Below the pieces are notes generated by a model. The model did not search any database. It was not told the origin of the DNA and worked only from the letters and a program-made list of their open reading frames with translations. Below are positions 1-13,288 of a stretch of DNA of 64,000 nucleotides, in pieces. Origin of the DNA: Parasitella parasitica NRRL 2501 (taxonomy: Eukaryota > Fungi > Mucoromycota); assembly GCA_025201805.1 (NCBI GenBank), contig MU619273.1, positions 1-64,000 of the forward strand, written 5' to 3'. The translations under genes and the position numbers were made by a program. Position 1 is the first letter of the stretch. The number at the start of each line of letters is the position of its first letter.

Positions 1-2
1 AA

Positions 3-33
<31 letters not shown>

Positions 34-1415
34 TTCGAATTTGCCTTTTTTTCAAGTTTTTTGAACTTGTTTTACCAGTAAACGCAAATTAAAAAACATT
101 TATTTGTACAAAAACTTGTGCTCTATAAGAAGATGCAATTTATAGATACGAGCTAAATAACCCCATCAAGGCAAAATCCTTTAACAAAAAAAACGTTTTT
201 TACCTCTAGCCAAATGTCTTTATACTTAATCTTCCTATTTAAAGCAATAAAATAACGCATAACGTATACAATTGTTTTTGTCTCTGACATTGTTTGGTGT
301 TTGGATGTAGTTTCTGTGGTGAAAAGTTGAGTTTTTGTAAAAAGTCAAATTTTCATGAGGGTCTATAAGGCTTTGGGACGGCTGCAAACTGAATCTGAGG
401 AAATCTGAATTTTAATACCTAATCGGCTTGAATTAGGCTAAATTTGGATGATTTGGCAAGTGGAATCAACAAATCCTTTGCGCTGCAAAGCATATGACAG
501 CACAATAACTTGTTGGAGTGTACAATTCCTACTTTTCTGATATTATTGATTTTGGGCAACATGTTTTTTGATTGCGTCTAATACAAGTTTTTTTTTCTGA
601 TATTTATAAAATAGATTATATTTTGTCAATTTGGTTGCTACAAAGCTTCAAAATTTCTAGTCAATCACCTGAATCAATCGAGTTATTAAGCACTGTATGC
701 CTAAATTCACACTAGATTTATGATATAATATGAAAAGATTTTGATATGAAAGGATATAAATTGATTTTGTATGGAAAAACCATGAGACTTGATGAAGTAA
801 AAAGTAAATGCCAAAACAGAGCTCTACGTGGAAAGTTGGACATAAAGTGATCAGATGAATCAATAATAGTTGGATTGTATAATTGCAATCCTAGTATCAG
901 TTTTGACGTAGTGTTTACGGGCATAGCTCTTCTACGCCATATAAGCATGGCCCTTGCGCGGGCCACTGGCTGATTGTTGGAAGGTCACGAGCTGGTAAGG
1001 TTCAAGATGTTGAAGTATCGCCAATAGACACAAGTCTAGATTTTAGAATCAAGTACAGTATTAAGAAGAAAGCTCAATTTGGGATTGGGGGGGTTAAGAT
1101 CCTATGCTTATGAAATGTTTATGCTCAATAGTATAATCCACCATTGGACCTACGTCTTTTGCTCTTTTTGATGATTTTTATGAATGCCTGTATGCCATTT
1201 AACATGGTTTTATACCTATAATGTGTCATCGAATGAGCGTCCTATTCGGGTTACTTGTAAATATATATAAAAAAAGGGGTGGCGTATACATTAATCTTAG
1301 GGAGGATAATATCTGGAATTAGGGGAATCTCAATTAGACAACGAATCTCGCTTTAGAGAGTTGCCTCGCTTTTCGCCATCTTTTTTTTTTTTTTTTCATT
1401 CCAACCATACACAAA

Positions 1416-2054
1416 ATGCAACTAAAAGGTTTTCATTTGATACAAGTCATTCATGTATGGAATGCATTAGTTGGTTTAATTCTATTTGGTCTGCTTGTTG
1501 GCGTATCAGATCAAATCAGGTATTTTATCAACAATGGCTCAGTTCTAGCAGGTTTCGGTAAGTTTGGGCGAAAAAAAAAAAAATCAAAACAACTAACGTA
1601 ACTCATATGATCATTAGGCAGCTTCACAACATTTGCTTATCCAGCTACTTTTGTTTACATGCTAATCCCAGGTATTTCAGCAACTGTGTATAGCATCATA
1701 CTGGCCTTTGATTCAAGTCCAAAATACAAAGCTTGGTTGCCATCAAAAACTATGAGAGGTTCCATTATTTTCTTTGCAGGTGCAGTATCAATAGCTGCAT
1801 TACTGCCTACATTGCCGGGAGCAGATGTTATGGCTGACGGCTCAGCATTGGATTGCTTGTGGACAAACTATATGCAGTGGAAAGTTATTTACAATGATCC
1901 TGTAGCTTTTCCTTGGGTGACAGGCATGGACAAAGGCTGTTCAATGTTTAAAGCAGCCGATGCATTTTGCTGGATTCTATCAATCGGCTGGATTGCCCAA
2001 GCCGTATTGTATGTTCGTGCTGCCCATCATGCAAAGTCATTTGTCAAAGAGTAA
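1416..2054 (+). CDS. Small multi-pass membrane protein, MARVEL-like (2 exons; intron 1558-1617)
   Basis: ATG 1416; GTAAGT donor at 1558 and TAG acceptor at 1617 join ORFs 1416 and 1659 in frame. About four hydrophobic helices and a C..FKAADAFCW motif before the last helix. Confidence 0.65.
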
Positions 2055-2165
2055 TAAAAGCGTAATTTACGCATTTGGTATAACTCCTCTGTTTATTTAT
2101 CTCCCCGAGATACATCGGGCTCCTAACAATCATATTTACGTATTTTTCTTTTATATTATTTCAAA

Positions 2166-3364
2166 ATGCCCTCGTATGTAACTGATGCTAATCTTTCAAG
2201 CTATGAGCTCGCATTTTGTGGAGGTATGGCAGGTGTTATATCCAGGTAAATTGGATGAATTCAGCACGAGTAAATTTTTCGCTGAAGCCCACAACATACA
2301 TTTGCAGGGTTGTAATTGCGCCTTTAGACGTTGTAAAGATTCGAATGCAGTTGCAAACACACAGAACACATTTCGGATTTCATCAGAATAAAAATAACAC
2401 AGTAATCAAATACAATAAAATAACGCAGGCATTACAAACCATTTTGAAAGAAGAAGGAATCAGAGTAAAATTGTCAACCCCACCCGGATTTAGTATGCTA
2501 TTTACAAGTCTATATGTGATAGGGATTGTACAAAGGGAACATGCCAGCAGAATACCTTTATTTGTCGTATAGTGCAGTTGAATTCTGGGCATACAAAGAG
2601 TTAGAAGAGATGATAGAAAAAATAGATTCAAAGCAGACGCTACCCCACACTATGAAGACATTCGGATGCGGTATGATTGCAGGTTGTGCTGCTACCGCTG
2701 CTACATATCCGTTTGATTTATTAAGAACTAGATTTGCTGTTCAAGGGCCACATAAGGTTTGCTTTTTTTTTTTTTTTTTTTTCCATGGAAAATGCTCGGA
2801 ATCTCACTTTCATAAAAATTTAAAGCAAAACACCAGTGTTACACGAGCTATGGCTGATATTTACAAACTGGAAGGCGTAACTGGCTTTTACAGAGGGTTA
2901 TGGCCTGCAATTATTCAAATTATGCCGTATATGGGTCTATTGTTCTCCAGTTATGATATTTTTGCCAAAGGATTCAAAAGCTTGAGGGTATTTCACTATA
3001 TGATAGTTGGCAGGTGTCAATTGGGCTCATCGCATCTATCATTTAGGAACAACAGCTTTTATCTGCAAGTTATAAACCAACACATGATATGATAAGTGGA
3101 GCGTTATCAGGGTTCTTCAGTAAAATAGTAGTCTATCCATTTGACCTAGTCAGAAAACGACTTCAAATGGAAGGAGCGCAGACAGTAGTGGTTCGACGGT
3201 CTTCTTGGTGGGCTTGTTTGAGAAACATTGTTCAACAAGAAGGCGCAAAAAGCTTATATAAAGGTCTTGCACCTTCGCTCTTGAAAGTAGCTCCAGCCAA
3301 TGCGGTTACCTTTATGGTTTTCGAAGAAACAAAAGATATGTTATTATGGTTGAAAGGGCCATAA
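2166..3364 (+). CDS. TPC1: Mitochondrial carrier, probable thiamine pyrophosphate carrier (5 exons)
   Basis: Three carrier repeats with PxDxxK/R motifs (PLDVVKIRMQ, PFDLLRTRF, PFDLVRKRLQ). YKGNMPAEYLYLSYSAVEF resembles Tpc1. Start MPSYVTD at 2166. Confidence 0.85.
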
Positions 3365-3834
3365 TAAGGTTTATTTTGTATGTGGTACCACCTTGATTTG
3401 AATTTTTTTTTAAATAGATGAGGATACACACGCTTCTATTTTTTTCTTTCTCCCCTCTTCTTTACATTTTTCTTTCTTTCTTTCTCTCTCTTTCTAATTT
3501 ATTATTATTATCTTTTTTTTTTATATACATAATATTGTAGGTAGTGTATATTTCGTCCTTTTTTAAACCACAAAAGAAGATACCAAAGACAAAAAAAGTA
3601 CAAAAACTAGAGGTTAGATAACAACATTCAAATAAAACATCTTCGTGTATAAGTTGTATAATTAGCTCAAAGACTAAAAGGCTTTATCTTATAGTTACTG
3701 ACTGAAGATATCCCATCTATTGGAAATAAAGACTAGTTTATCTTTTCTCTCAAGACAAAAAAAATTCGTAGCTACAAGGTTTAAACTTATTCCCAGGCAC
3801 TTGAAACAAACAAAAACGTTTATTTATAAACAAA

Positions 3835-6800
3835 ATGACGGTAATGATGCTACAACACACGAGCATCAAAGATAACCTAATAAAGAATACATCTAGATTT
3901 CAGAATTGGAGGCCAAGATTGAACATAGCAGAACTATGCGAGACAAGTTCATCCAAATGAGACCCTTACTGAAGGATCGAAATGTGATTTCAGACTGTGA
4001 AACTCAGATCAAAGAATATCAAAAGTATATTGATTATTTCACTGAAGAACTGCATCGATTAGAGGCAAAACAAGATAACGCTTCTGTTCCTGGATCAGAA
4101 AGTCCTATCGTTCAGCAGTCAAGTCAGCAGCAATTGCATGTGCAGTCTGAACACCCTCCTAGAACTAGCTCTATGGCCACAAATCCTAGCGATGTTACCT
4201 TAGTTACCCCTAGAAAGTTGGATGACAAGAAGAAATATTCCAATTTGGGTAAAAAAAAATACATATTTTAGTCTATTTTACTTACTAACTTCTATATGCA
4301 ATAGATCTGTTGATGTCAGAAACACCTTACAACAAACCCAAAGTGTCTCTCAAGCTACACGAACTTGAATACAAGCTTGATGTCGAAAAGACTGTATTGC
4401 AAGGTATTAAGGGCATGGTTGATGTGATGGAGCGAAACCCCACAACAGACCGCAAAAGCCGCACTGAGGTACAAGACAAAATGTCAGAAAGTCAAGAAAA
4501 ACTTGGTCTGTTGAATTCTGCCTTGAGAAAATACAAGAGCCTGTACATTGGCGAGGGTGGCGATGAAGACGACTATGGTAAGAGGAAAATAAAAAAAGGA
4601 GTTGACATTATATTGCAAATCAAACTAATGCTGATTTTCGCTGCAGAATTGGAAACGCCTCCTTCTGCTCGTTTGCCTCCTGGTTTCCGTAGACCCGTTA
4701 CTGGTAAGCTTCAACTCGAGATTTTGGAGGCTATGGAGTTGGCACACGCTCCTACTCGTATAATTCGTTCGCCTGCCACTGTCGTACTTGTTAAAATCGA
4801 CAACCAAATTGTGTTCCGCTCAAGACCTGCTCGTAATGATAAATGGAATGAATTGTGCGAAACTCATGTAAACAAGGCTTCTGAAATTGAGATTAGCGTT
4901 TATGACCAGTCTACTGAGAAATCCTTGCCCATTGGTTTCTTTTGGCTCAAAATCACTGATATTACCGAAGGTCTTCGTAAGCGTAAAATTCCTCAATGGA
5001 TGCTGGCTGAAGAAGCTCAAAAGCGTCGTCATGATGCCGACGGTAATTCTATTATGGATCGAGAAGATAGTAGCACAACTCTACAACCTGTTCCCCCAGT
5101 TCAGGTAACTCAAAATGAAGGTGGCATTGAAGCCTGGTTCGATGTTGAGCCTGTTGGTAAACTGGCCCTCCGATTGAACTTTGTTCGTGCAGATGGCAAC
5201 CGTCGTCCTATGGATAAATTGGGCCGTGCTGGTGCTGTCCGTCAGCGCCGTGAAGAAGTAGTCGAGGTGAATGGCCATCAGTTCTTGGAAAAGAGATTCT
5301 ACAATGTCATGAAATGCGCTCTCTGCCAGGAATTCTTTGTAAACAGTGGTTATCAATGTGAGGATTGTGAATACACCTGTCATAAAAAGTGCTCCAGCAA
5401 AGTTGTTACTAAATGTGTCGCAAACTCCAAGGATGCTGTAAGTGTAAATTTAGAGGGGATAGGCAAGTAGGAAAAAAAACGCTGATGGCTTTTTGTAGGA
5501 TTCTGATGAAGATAAGCTCAACCACAAGATTCCTCATAGATTCGAACCCATTACCAACATTGGTGCCAATTGGTGTTGTCACTGTGGCTATATGTTGCCT
5601 TTGGGATCTCGTGGTTCCAAGAAATGCTCAGAGTGTGGAATTACAGCACATACGCGCTGTGAGCAATGTGTTCCTGATTTCTGTGGTTTGAGCATGGAAA
5701 TGGCAAATCAAATGCTTGCTGAAATTAAGGCAGCTGCAAAGCGTAAAACGTTGGAAACCAAAACGAGTAGTGGTCGTATTGCCAAGGAAAATATGGCTCA
5801 GGATGGCCCGCTTCCTGCCTTGCCTCAACAATCAGTCGAAGAGGACATCAGCTCTCGACTTTCTTCGTCTGTGACATTAGCTCCTCAAACTCCTCAAAAG
5901 AGCCCCGTTGTTGTACCTCAAACTCCACCTGCCATGTATAATCATAATGCGCCTCTCAGCCAACAGCATCATTCACAGCATCAACAACAATCTCCACAAC
6001 AACAACAACAGCAGCAGCAACAGCAGCAGCAGCAACAACAACAACAGCCTTATTATTCTCCATCCCAATCGCCCTTGGGCATGCCGCAACCTCCTAGAAT
6101 TTACTCTCCACAGCCTATGCCGCCTCAACAGCATCAGCAACAACGCCCTCCTCCTCCACCTGCTCATGCTCAGCAGCACCGCCCCCAACAACAGCAGCAC
6201 CAACAGCCCCCTTATGGCTACAATGGTCCTCCTATTAGCGTTGATCCCAGATACCATACACAGCCGCAACAACAACAAATGTACTATCAACAAATGCAAC
6301 AGCAGCAGCAAAATAGACCTGCTATGCCTTACAGTCCATACCAAAACCAACCTCCAATGATGGGCAGACCTCAAACCAACCCAACCTATTCTCCTGTTTA
6401 CCAACAACCCCAGCAACTTCAGTATGGTGGTATGATACCTCCAGGACAGCAACAACAACAGCAAATACAACAACAGTTGCAGCAACAACAGCATTTACAA
6501 AAGCAACCTAGCATGATGCAACAGAAGCGCAAGGTTCAATTAGACAACTTTAGCTTCTTGGCTGTACTTGGTAAAGGTAACTTTGGTAAGGTTATGTTGG
6601 CCGAAGAAAAACACGACAAGAAATTGTATGCCATCAAGATGCTGAAAAAGAGATTTATCATTGATAATGACGAAATTGAAAGGTACAATTATTTTTATAA
6701 GAAAAGATGAAATGGAACTGGTTTGCTGATTATAGTTTACTAGTGTTCGCTCTGAGAAACGTGTCTTCCAAGCTGCTAACCGTGAGCGCCATCCCTTCTT

Positions 6801-7596
6801 GATTAATCTTCACTCTACTTTCCAAACCGAAACCCGTGTTTATTTTGTCATGGAATATGTCAACGGTGGTGATTTGATGTGGCATATTCAACGAGGCCAA
6901 TTTTCTGAGAGAAGAGCCAAATTCTATGCTTGTGAAGTTTTGCTGGCACTCGAGTATTTCCATAGTCAAAATATCATTTATCGTGATCTCAAGTTGGATA
7001 ACATCATGTTGGGATTAGATGGCCATATCAAGATGGCTGATTATGGTTTGTGTAAAGAGAACATGGGCTACGGTAAGACCACTGGTACTTTCTGTGGTAC
7101 TCCCGAATTTATGGCCCCCGAAATCTTGCGCGAGCAAAACTATGGTCGAGCGGTAGATTGGTGGGCGTACGGTGTTTTGATTTACGAAATGTTGTTGGGG
7201 CAATCACCTTTCCGTGGTGAAGATGAAGATGAAATCTTTGATGCTATCTTGGAAGATGACATCCTTTATCCCATCAACATGTCTAGCGACTCGATTTCTA
7301 TCTGTCAACAATTGTTACAGCGTGAGCCTACACAAAGATTGGGTGCTGGTCCAGACGATGCTCTTTCTATCAAGCGTCATCCTTTCTTCCGTGGTGTTAA
7401 CTGGGACGATATGTTAGCTAAGCGTGTACCTCCCCCATTTTATCCTACTATCTCAGGTCGCTTGGATACTTCTAACTTTGATGAAGAATTTACCAACGAG
7501 ACTCCTGCGCTAACTCCTATTGACTCTAATCTCAACCGCGTGGAGCAACAAGAGTTCCAAGCTTTCTCTTATGTTGCTGACTGGGTTACTGGATAA
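3835..7596 (+). CDS. PKC1: Fungal protein kinase C (HR1-HR1-C2-C1-C1-Gln/Pro linker-kinase)
   Basis: 6-nt first exon (ATG ACG, intron 3841-3896); pseudosubstrate RAGAVRQR; two C1 domains; [27 protein letters not shown]; NFD and FSY C-tail motifs. Confidence 0.96.
5960..6525 (+). repeat. CAA/CAG poly-Gln and Pro-rich low-complexity tract inside PKC1
   Basis: Multiple CAA/CAG runs, including an uninterrupted Q tract at about 5997-6047. Confidence 0.9.
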
Positions 7597-8557
7597 AAAA
7601 AAACTCTTTATTCATCATGTTATTTTCTCTACTTAACACATTATTAAATAGAACAGAGTTTACAGCTTCGAAAATTGCCTTTTATTTCGATACTTATTTC
7701 GCTATACATTTTATTAACTTTTATGAATGAAAACAAATATATTTTGCCAGTGCATAAACAACGCCTGATATTTATAGGTGTAACTGTCAATTACTTATTT
7801 GACTACGCTATGCAAAGAAGCCGTCAATCTGCTTTGACATTCTCAAAACTATGTAAGTATTCACGGCATATTAATAATTAATCTACTTGTATTCGTAAAT
7901 GCACCACATTCATGATTATTTATGAAGATATTACTTTTATATCATCGTCATTGATGATTACTACGTATAACGAAATTAGATGAAAAATTTCCTACCAAAT
8001 AATAACAATTAGCTTCCTTTTAGTCCATCATCCCATTCATATAAATGTTCAAAGAGAATGCATGTTTGTCTAACACAAGAGTAAATTGACATACTTCATA
8101 CTCTTTTACTTTCGAAGTATCCCCTACTAGTACTTCCTCAATGAGTGTAAAGATAATAATAAACTAAGCTAAAAGCATTTGGGGGATTTTTTTGGTCAAC
8201 AAAGCAATAAAATAATTATATTTTTTAAAACAACCACCAGCTAATGCTGTGATATATCAGAACGAGAAATTAATCAAATAAAACGGTTGTGAATTAATCA
8301 GGTAAAGATCTCCCTTATTACATGGAAAAAATGATGGTGTATATACTAGTGAATCTAAATGAACTGATGGGAGGATAAGACTAAAGTGTGAGACATAGTG
8401 TGATTTAGAGAATAAAACGATAGATTGTATCTGTTATCCATGAACATATCATGTTGAATTATAAATAAGGAACTTGATCCATTAGGATATGTTCCTGGAT
8501 TGTGTTCAGGATTGAGTTTACTCGAGTTTGACTTTCGGTTGGAAAATTGACACATCA

Positions 8558-9228
8558 GGGCATAAGCAGGTCTTGTAAAAACACAGTTCTGAAGAAAGCT
8601 CATATTTGTCTTCGCCATGTCTTGCACCCTTTTGACACAATAATCAAGTTTTGTATCATTGTTTCTTGCAACAAGATGATGAGTGGCTCTCTTTGATTAA
8701 TAAGTTGCACTCATTCGAGATGAAGGATCCAACGACAGTGCTCTTCAAACTGAATCCTTCGAACGATTTTGTTAAGTCATCAATAACGTCATTGGTGGTG
8801 ACAAAAGGATTGTTGTCGTAAAATCCTTGAATGTAATTCTCGTGTTCTTCTTGATGCAGCAGACTTTTCTTTCTATACGATAATCAATGCTGGCATTCAT
8901 CTGAACATCCACTGTATTAATTACATTCAAGGATTGTACGACAACAATCCTTTTGTCACCACCAATGACGTTATTGATGACTTAACAAAATCGTTCGAAG
9001 GATTCAGTTTGAAGAGCACTGTCGTTGGATCCTTCATCTCGAATGAGTGCAACTTATTAATCAAAGAGAGCCACTCATCATCTTGTTGCAAGAAACAATG
9101 ATACAAAACTTGATTATCGTGTCAAAAGGGTGCAAGACATGGCGAAGACAAATATGAGCTTTCTTCAGAACTGTGTTTTTATTGGCGAAGCTGGATTCGA
9201 TATTAATACGAGACCTGCTTATGCCCGT
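8558..9228. repeat. Long inverted repeat (fold-back): arms ~8576-8838 and 8919-9181, 80-nt loop
   Basis: The arms are reverse complements with only about 2 mismatches seen. Pairing resumes between 8558-8575 and ~9208-9228 after a ~27-nt indel. Confidence 0.95.
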
Positions 9229-10030
9229 TCTGAGCGCAACGCTCGAACTGTAGCCATGACGCCCACCACCCAAGCAACATCACACACAACCTTGGGTGCA
9301 ATTTACGCGAAGGGAGTTGTAAATGTAGACATAAGAGTACCTCAAAAGCCATAGAAAGTTAAGGTAGCTGGAGGTCGCAAAAGAAAAGCAGCCAAACCAA
9401 AAGACCCAGTACCCAGAGGAACTGTAATTAGCCATTATTTGAGATTTGTATCTAATACAGCGAAATATATGGATGAGGTTCTTGAAATGAAAGGCTTTTA
9501 TCTGGTCATGGACAACGCGCCCATTCGTACCTCTAATAAAATTAGAACAGTGATTGAGAACAGATGTTATTAATCTGTATAATTTCCACCTAATTCACCA
9601 GAGCTCAATCCTATTGAACAGTTCTGGGCTATTGTAAAGAACAAAGTAAGGCATAGCCAGTTCGAGGATAAGAAAGATTCACGGACCTGAATAAAGGAAG
9701 CCAGTAACAGTTTTTCCGTCCGCCATCTTCAAAATGTCATTCAACGCTCTATCAATGTCTTTGACAAATGTTTAGAAAGACAGCCCGTCTAAAGTAGCTT
9801 ACTATATAAATAAATGATTTCAAAAAGAGGGTATAGAAGCACCTATCTTTCACCGTATTCCCTTGAGCTTAATTCGATCGAGAGTTTTTGATCCACAATG
9901 AAGAGTCATGTCAAGAGAACCAAATTCAACGACACTGATGATTCGAAAATGAGAATAACCGAGGCATCAAATTAGATAAGACCGTCTATACTCAAAAACA
10001 ATAGTCAAGATTCTGTAAACATGTTCGAAA
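8558..10030 (+). pseudogene. Decayed Tc1/IS630-like (DDE_3) transposase, plus a second C-terminal DDE fragment at ~9840-10030
   Basis: Translates to NCVFIGEAGFDIN (degenerate DEAGF), VMDNAPI, (P)PNSPELNPIEQFWA and a second YLSPYSLELNSIESF; several stops and frameshifts. Confidence 0.85.
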
Positions 10031-10724
10031 AATGTCTGATTTCCATGTTTATATGATAAGTTTGTATGCTATCGACAACGGTTGTTTCATAGTATCAGTT
10101 TGGAATCTATGACACTATATCTTAAACAATTTCCACTGACGCTTTTCGGTTGTGTCGTTGTATAGTATAGATATATACTGTAAAATATCGACAAAAAAAG
10201 ACGATTCATTAATGTCTTTGGTAAAGTCTGGTTTGAGTCAACAGAGAAAATTAAAATAAAACATAGTATGTGTGGATTATGTTGTATTGTACTCATGAAT
10301 GAGCATTTTCCAACCTCTCTTTGTACCATACCGTACAAGACGCGCATTTACAAATACCGAACCACTTAACGGATTATCTTATCTAAACAAAAGCCATTTA
10401 TATCGGCTTATCTCATTCGAGGTAAGACAATTTACGAAGATGGTACGGTAGAACCGACCCGTGCCCACTTTTACATTTGTTTACGTAGTGATCATAGGCC
10501 CGTGATTTTATCCCACAACTAGGATTTTCTTTAGGAGTAACCCGTCTTCATTGTTCGTGTCAATGAAAACATTAAAAAAGTTACTTTTTACTAATTGATC
10601 AATTCATACAGTACTTAGTTTAATTTTTGAAGAGGGCATTCATACTATGTAATAGGTAAGGAGTTTTGGTAGATGTATGTGTGTATGTATATGTGTATCA
10701 CATGTGTTCTTTGTTTACAAGGTA

Positions 10725-12012
10725 TTATATAGGCTCCAACACAACTTCAGCAAGCATCCCTCTGATATTCTCCAAATCATCCGCAAGAATAGCCTCTGCT
10801 TCACGTAGGTCTTCCGATGGAACCAAGACATTAGCGCTTTTAAATGTACTGAGATACAGCAAGTTGATGTGGGCCTCAGCTGCCAATGGGTGAGAAATCG
10901 ACCAAACAATACCACAACGATCCAAATGAGATCCAGCCAAGCTTACTTGTATGACACGATAGGTTTGAGACTCCTCGTCCTGGAAAATCGCATCTGGTTC
11001 GAACAAATCTAATATATTTTGATTTGCGATTAGCGAGATACCATCGCTCGATGCTGTGTATGAAAAAAATCGGGTATCATCTTGGCTACTCGCTATCATC
11101 AGTTATCGAGTCATTCGTTTGAGTTTCCATATGTGTACTATTTTACCTTCCATCTGGTGAAATCAGCTCGGGATATGATAATATTTTGAGTACTATCATC
11201 GCCCAATCTGAACGGCAATGTGGATTCAATCCAACACACTGAAGTTCGTCTATCAAGACTGATTTTTCGAATTCTTCCTCAAGTGCCAAAGAAGCGTCGC
11301 TTTCTATTGATAGTCTGTTGTCTGAAATAGACATAGGAGGAGGAGAACCGCCTAAATATTGGTCTATCGAATCAAGATCAAACTCAAATTCATGTTTCTG
11401 TAGCAATTGTACAGCCTGTTGTAGCTTTCTCTCTTTTACCTATATATATAAATATACCTTAGAATAGTAATAAGTATACTAGGTTCTATATGCAACGTAC
11501 CAATACGAAATCAGTTTGATATGTCGACATGTAAAAGATGGAAAATTTGCCCTGAGCCAATGGACCAGAGAGATCACTGATACGCTTACCACTTGAATCT
11601 GGAAACAATAAACCCAGACGATTAGAGATTTCTAGGAGTAACATTTTTTTAGCGTATAAATATTTTTACCTTGCCCTCCTTCATCATCTACTTGCAAAAC
11701 ACGATAGCTATCACTTGATGAACGCATATCATGACATTGAGCCATACTAAGGGAGGGAATAAAATCATTTTCAATGATCTGTTTGCTTGCCACAATTGAT
11801 ATTTCGTAAGCATTTTCTGTAAAAGAAAAGAAATACTGGGAGCTACTTGAAAAATTTGATCAGAAAACTGTAAATCATTGACAAAATGCTGGTATGACTT
11901 ACTCTTTTGTATCCTCGAAAAAACAAGACTTAACAATGGCATGTGTTACATGTGGCAAATGCGATCTTGGAAAGTGAAGTAATTTCACCTTGGAAGGTAA
12001 AATCGTAATCAT
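10725..12012 (-). CDS. CASTOR/GATS-family ACT-domain protein (multi-exon)
   Basis: Start MITILPSKVKLLHFP at 12012. Motifs PLAQGKFSIFYMSTYQTDFVLV, FFSYT and DRCGIVWSISHPLA...LYLSTF...VLVP match CASTOR ACT2 and ACT4 repeats. Confidence 0.85.
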
Positions 12013-12410
12013 TAATTCTGCCTTTTTATTGATATCGAAAGAGAGAAGAGGAGAAGGAAGAAGGGCGTTGAAATGTGAAAAAATGCATGCACCTCGATTT
12101 CTTCAAGACCGCACTGCTATTTCATCTTGTTTTCCTGTTGTACAAACCTAAATGTAATTTTGGGTGCTGCTTGTGATTCATTCCAGCACACATTATAGTC
12201 ACGTCTTTGAGATTCATCATTTTATTTTTGGTGTATCGTGGAATTGAATGCAAACCCTGCATCACATGCAATTAAAATCGTCTGTGTTGACTCGATTGTA
12301 TACTATATACAAACAAAATATCCACAAGGATAATGCAAAAGCTTAATTTTCGTTGCTGTTTTATCTGCATTTACATTTTTCAAGAGGGTATTATTATTTG
12401 CATTATCCAA

Positions 12411-12449
12411 AACATACACACACACACACACACACACATACACACACAC
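12411..12449. repeat. (CA)n microsatellite
   Basis: Near-perfect CA dinucleotide run. Confidence 0.9.
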
Positions 12450-13288
12450 TTTTTCCATCATTTACTAATAAAAATTAGCATGAAGACATCAAATATCATT
12501 CAAGATTGCCCTACAAATGACTTTTCAATTTCTGCTTCAAAGTTATGTCTACAAATGCTAACACACTCCTAGTTATTGCAAATATAAACACATTATAGGT
12601 ACAAAACAATGTCGTTAAGCGTTAAAATCACAATGAATGCGAAAATATTTTAAAACGTGAGAGGATATCTGATGTATAATTTTGTAAGCAACGTAAAGCT
12701 CAAGTGCATAATAAAACTTACTGACGATTTGATCAGGAAGCCTTTACGAAACGTAAATTTGGGATTTACTGTAGAGAAATATTAGAAGACTTTATAAAGA
12801 TTCCTTAAAGTCTACTCACATCAAGATTATTTAAACAGGTTTGTGAAAAAAGAACAAATCTTGATAGATTTACATCTTGCCATATTTCAGCATAAAACAC
12901 AAGTTACAATTGCTGAAACTATAAAACAACGTATAAAAAAATGTTGTCACTAATAAAGACCAAAACAAGTGGCTTCCGCTTCGTTGCTATTACTACTACC
13001 ACTGCTACTCTGGTTAAACATTACAGAAAATCTTGGGATAGCTTTGATATTGCCTTCGCTTCGGATCCCGAAGTGATACGGTACAATCTCTGTGAACCGG
13101 GATTTATTTTCAGTATATGCTGCAATGAAAAACAACGATATTTCCTACTTCCTGAGCTAATCTAAGCTAAGAGAGGCATCTCTTAAAACTAGGGTATTTT
13201 CAACTGTACTGACTTTTTTTTCTTTTCATCTATTTAAAAAGTTAGGTTAAAATTTCAATATGCTTGCTTTTTAATTTATGATCTTGCA

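Noticed and set aside
948-965. GC hairpin TGGCCC-TTGCGC-GGGCCA as a Helitron 3' end
   Set aside because: No properly spaced CTRR terminus or identifiable 5' TC end.
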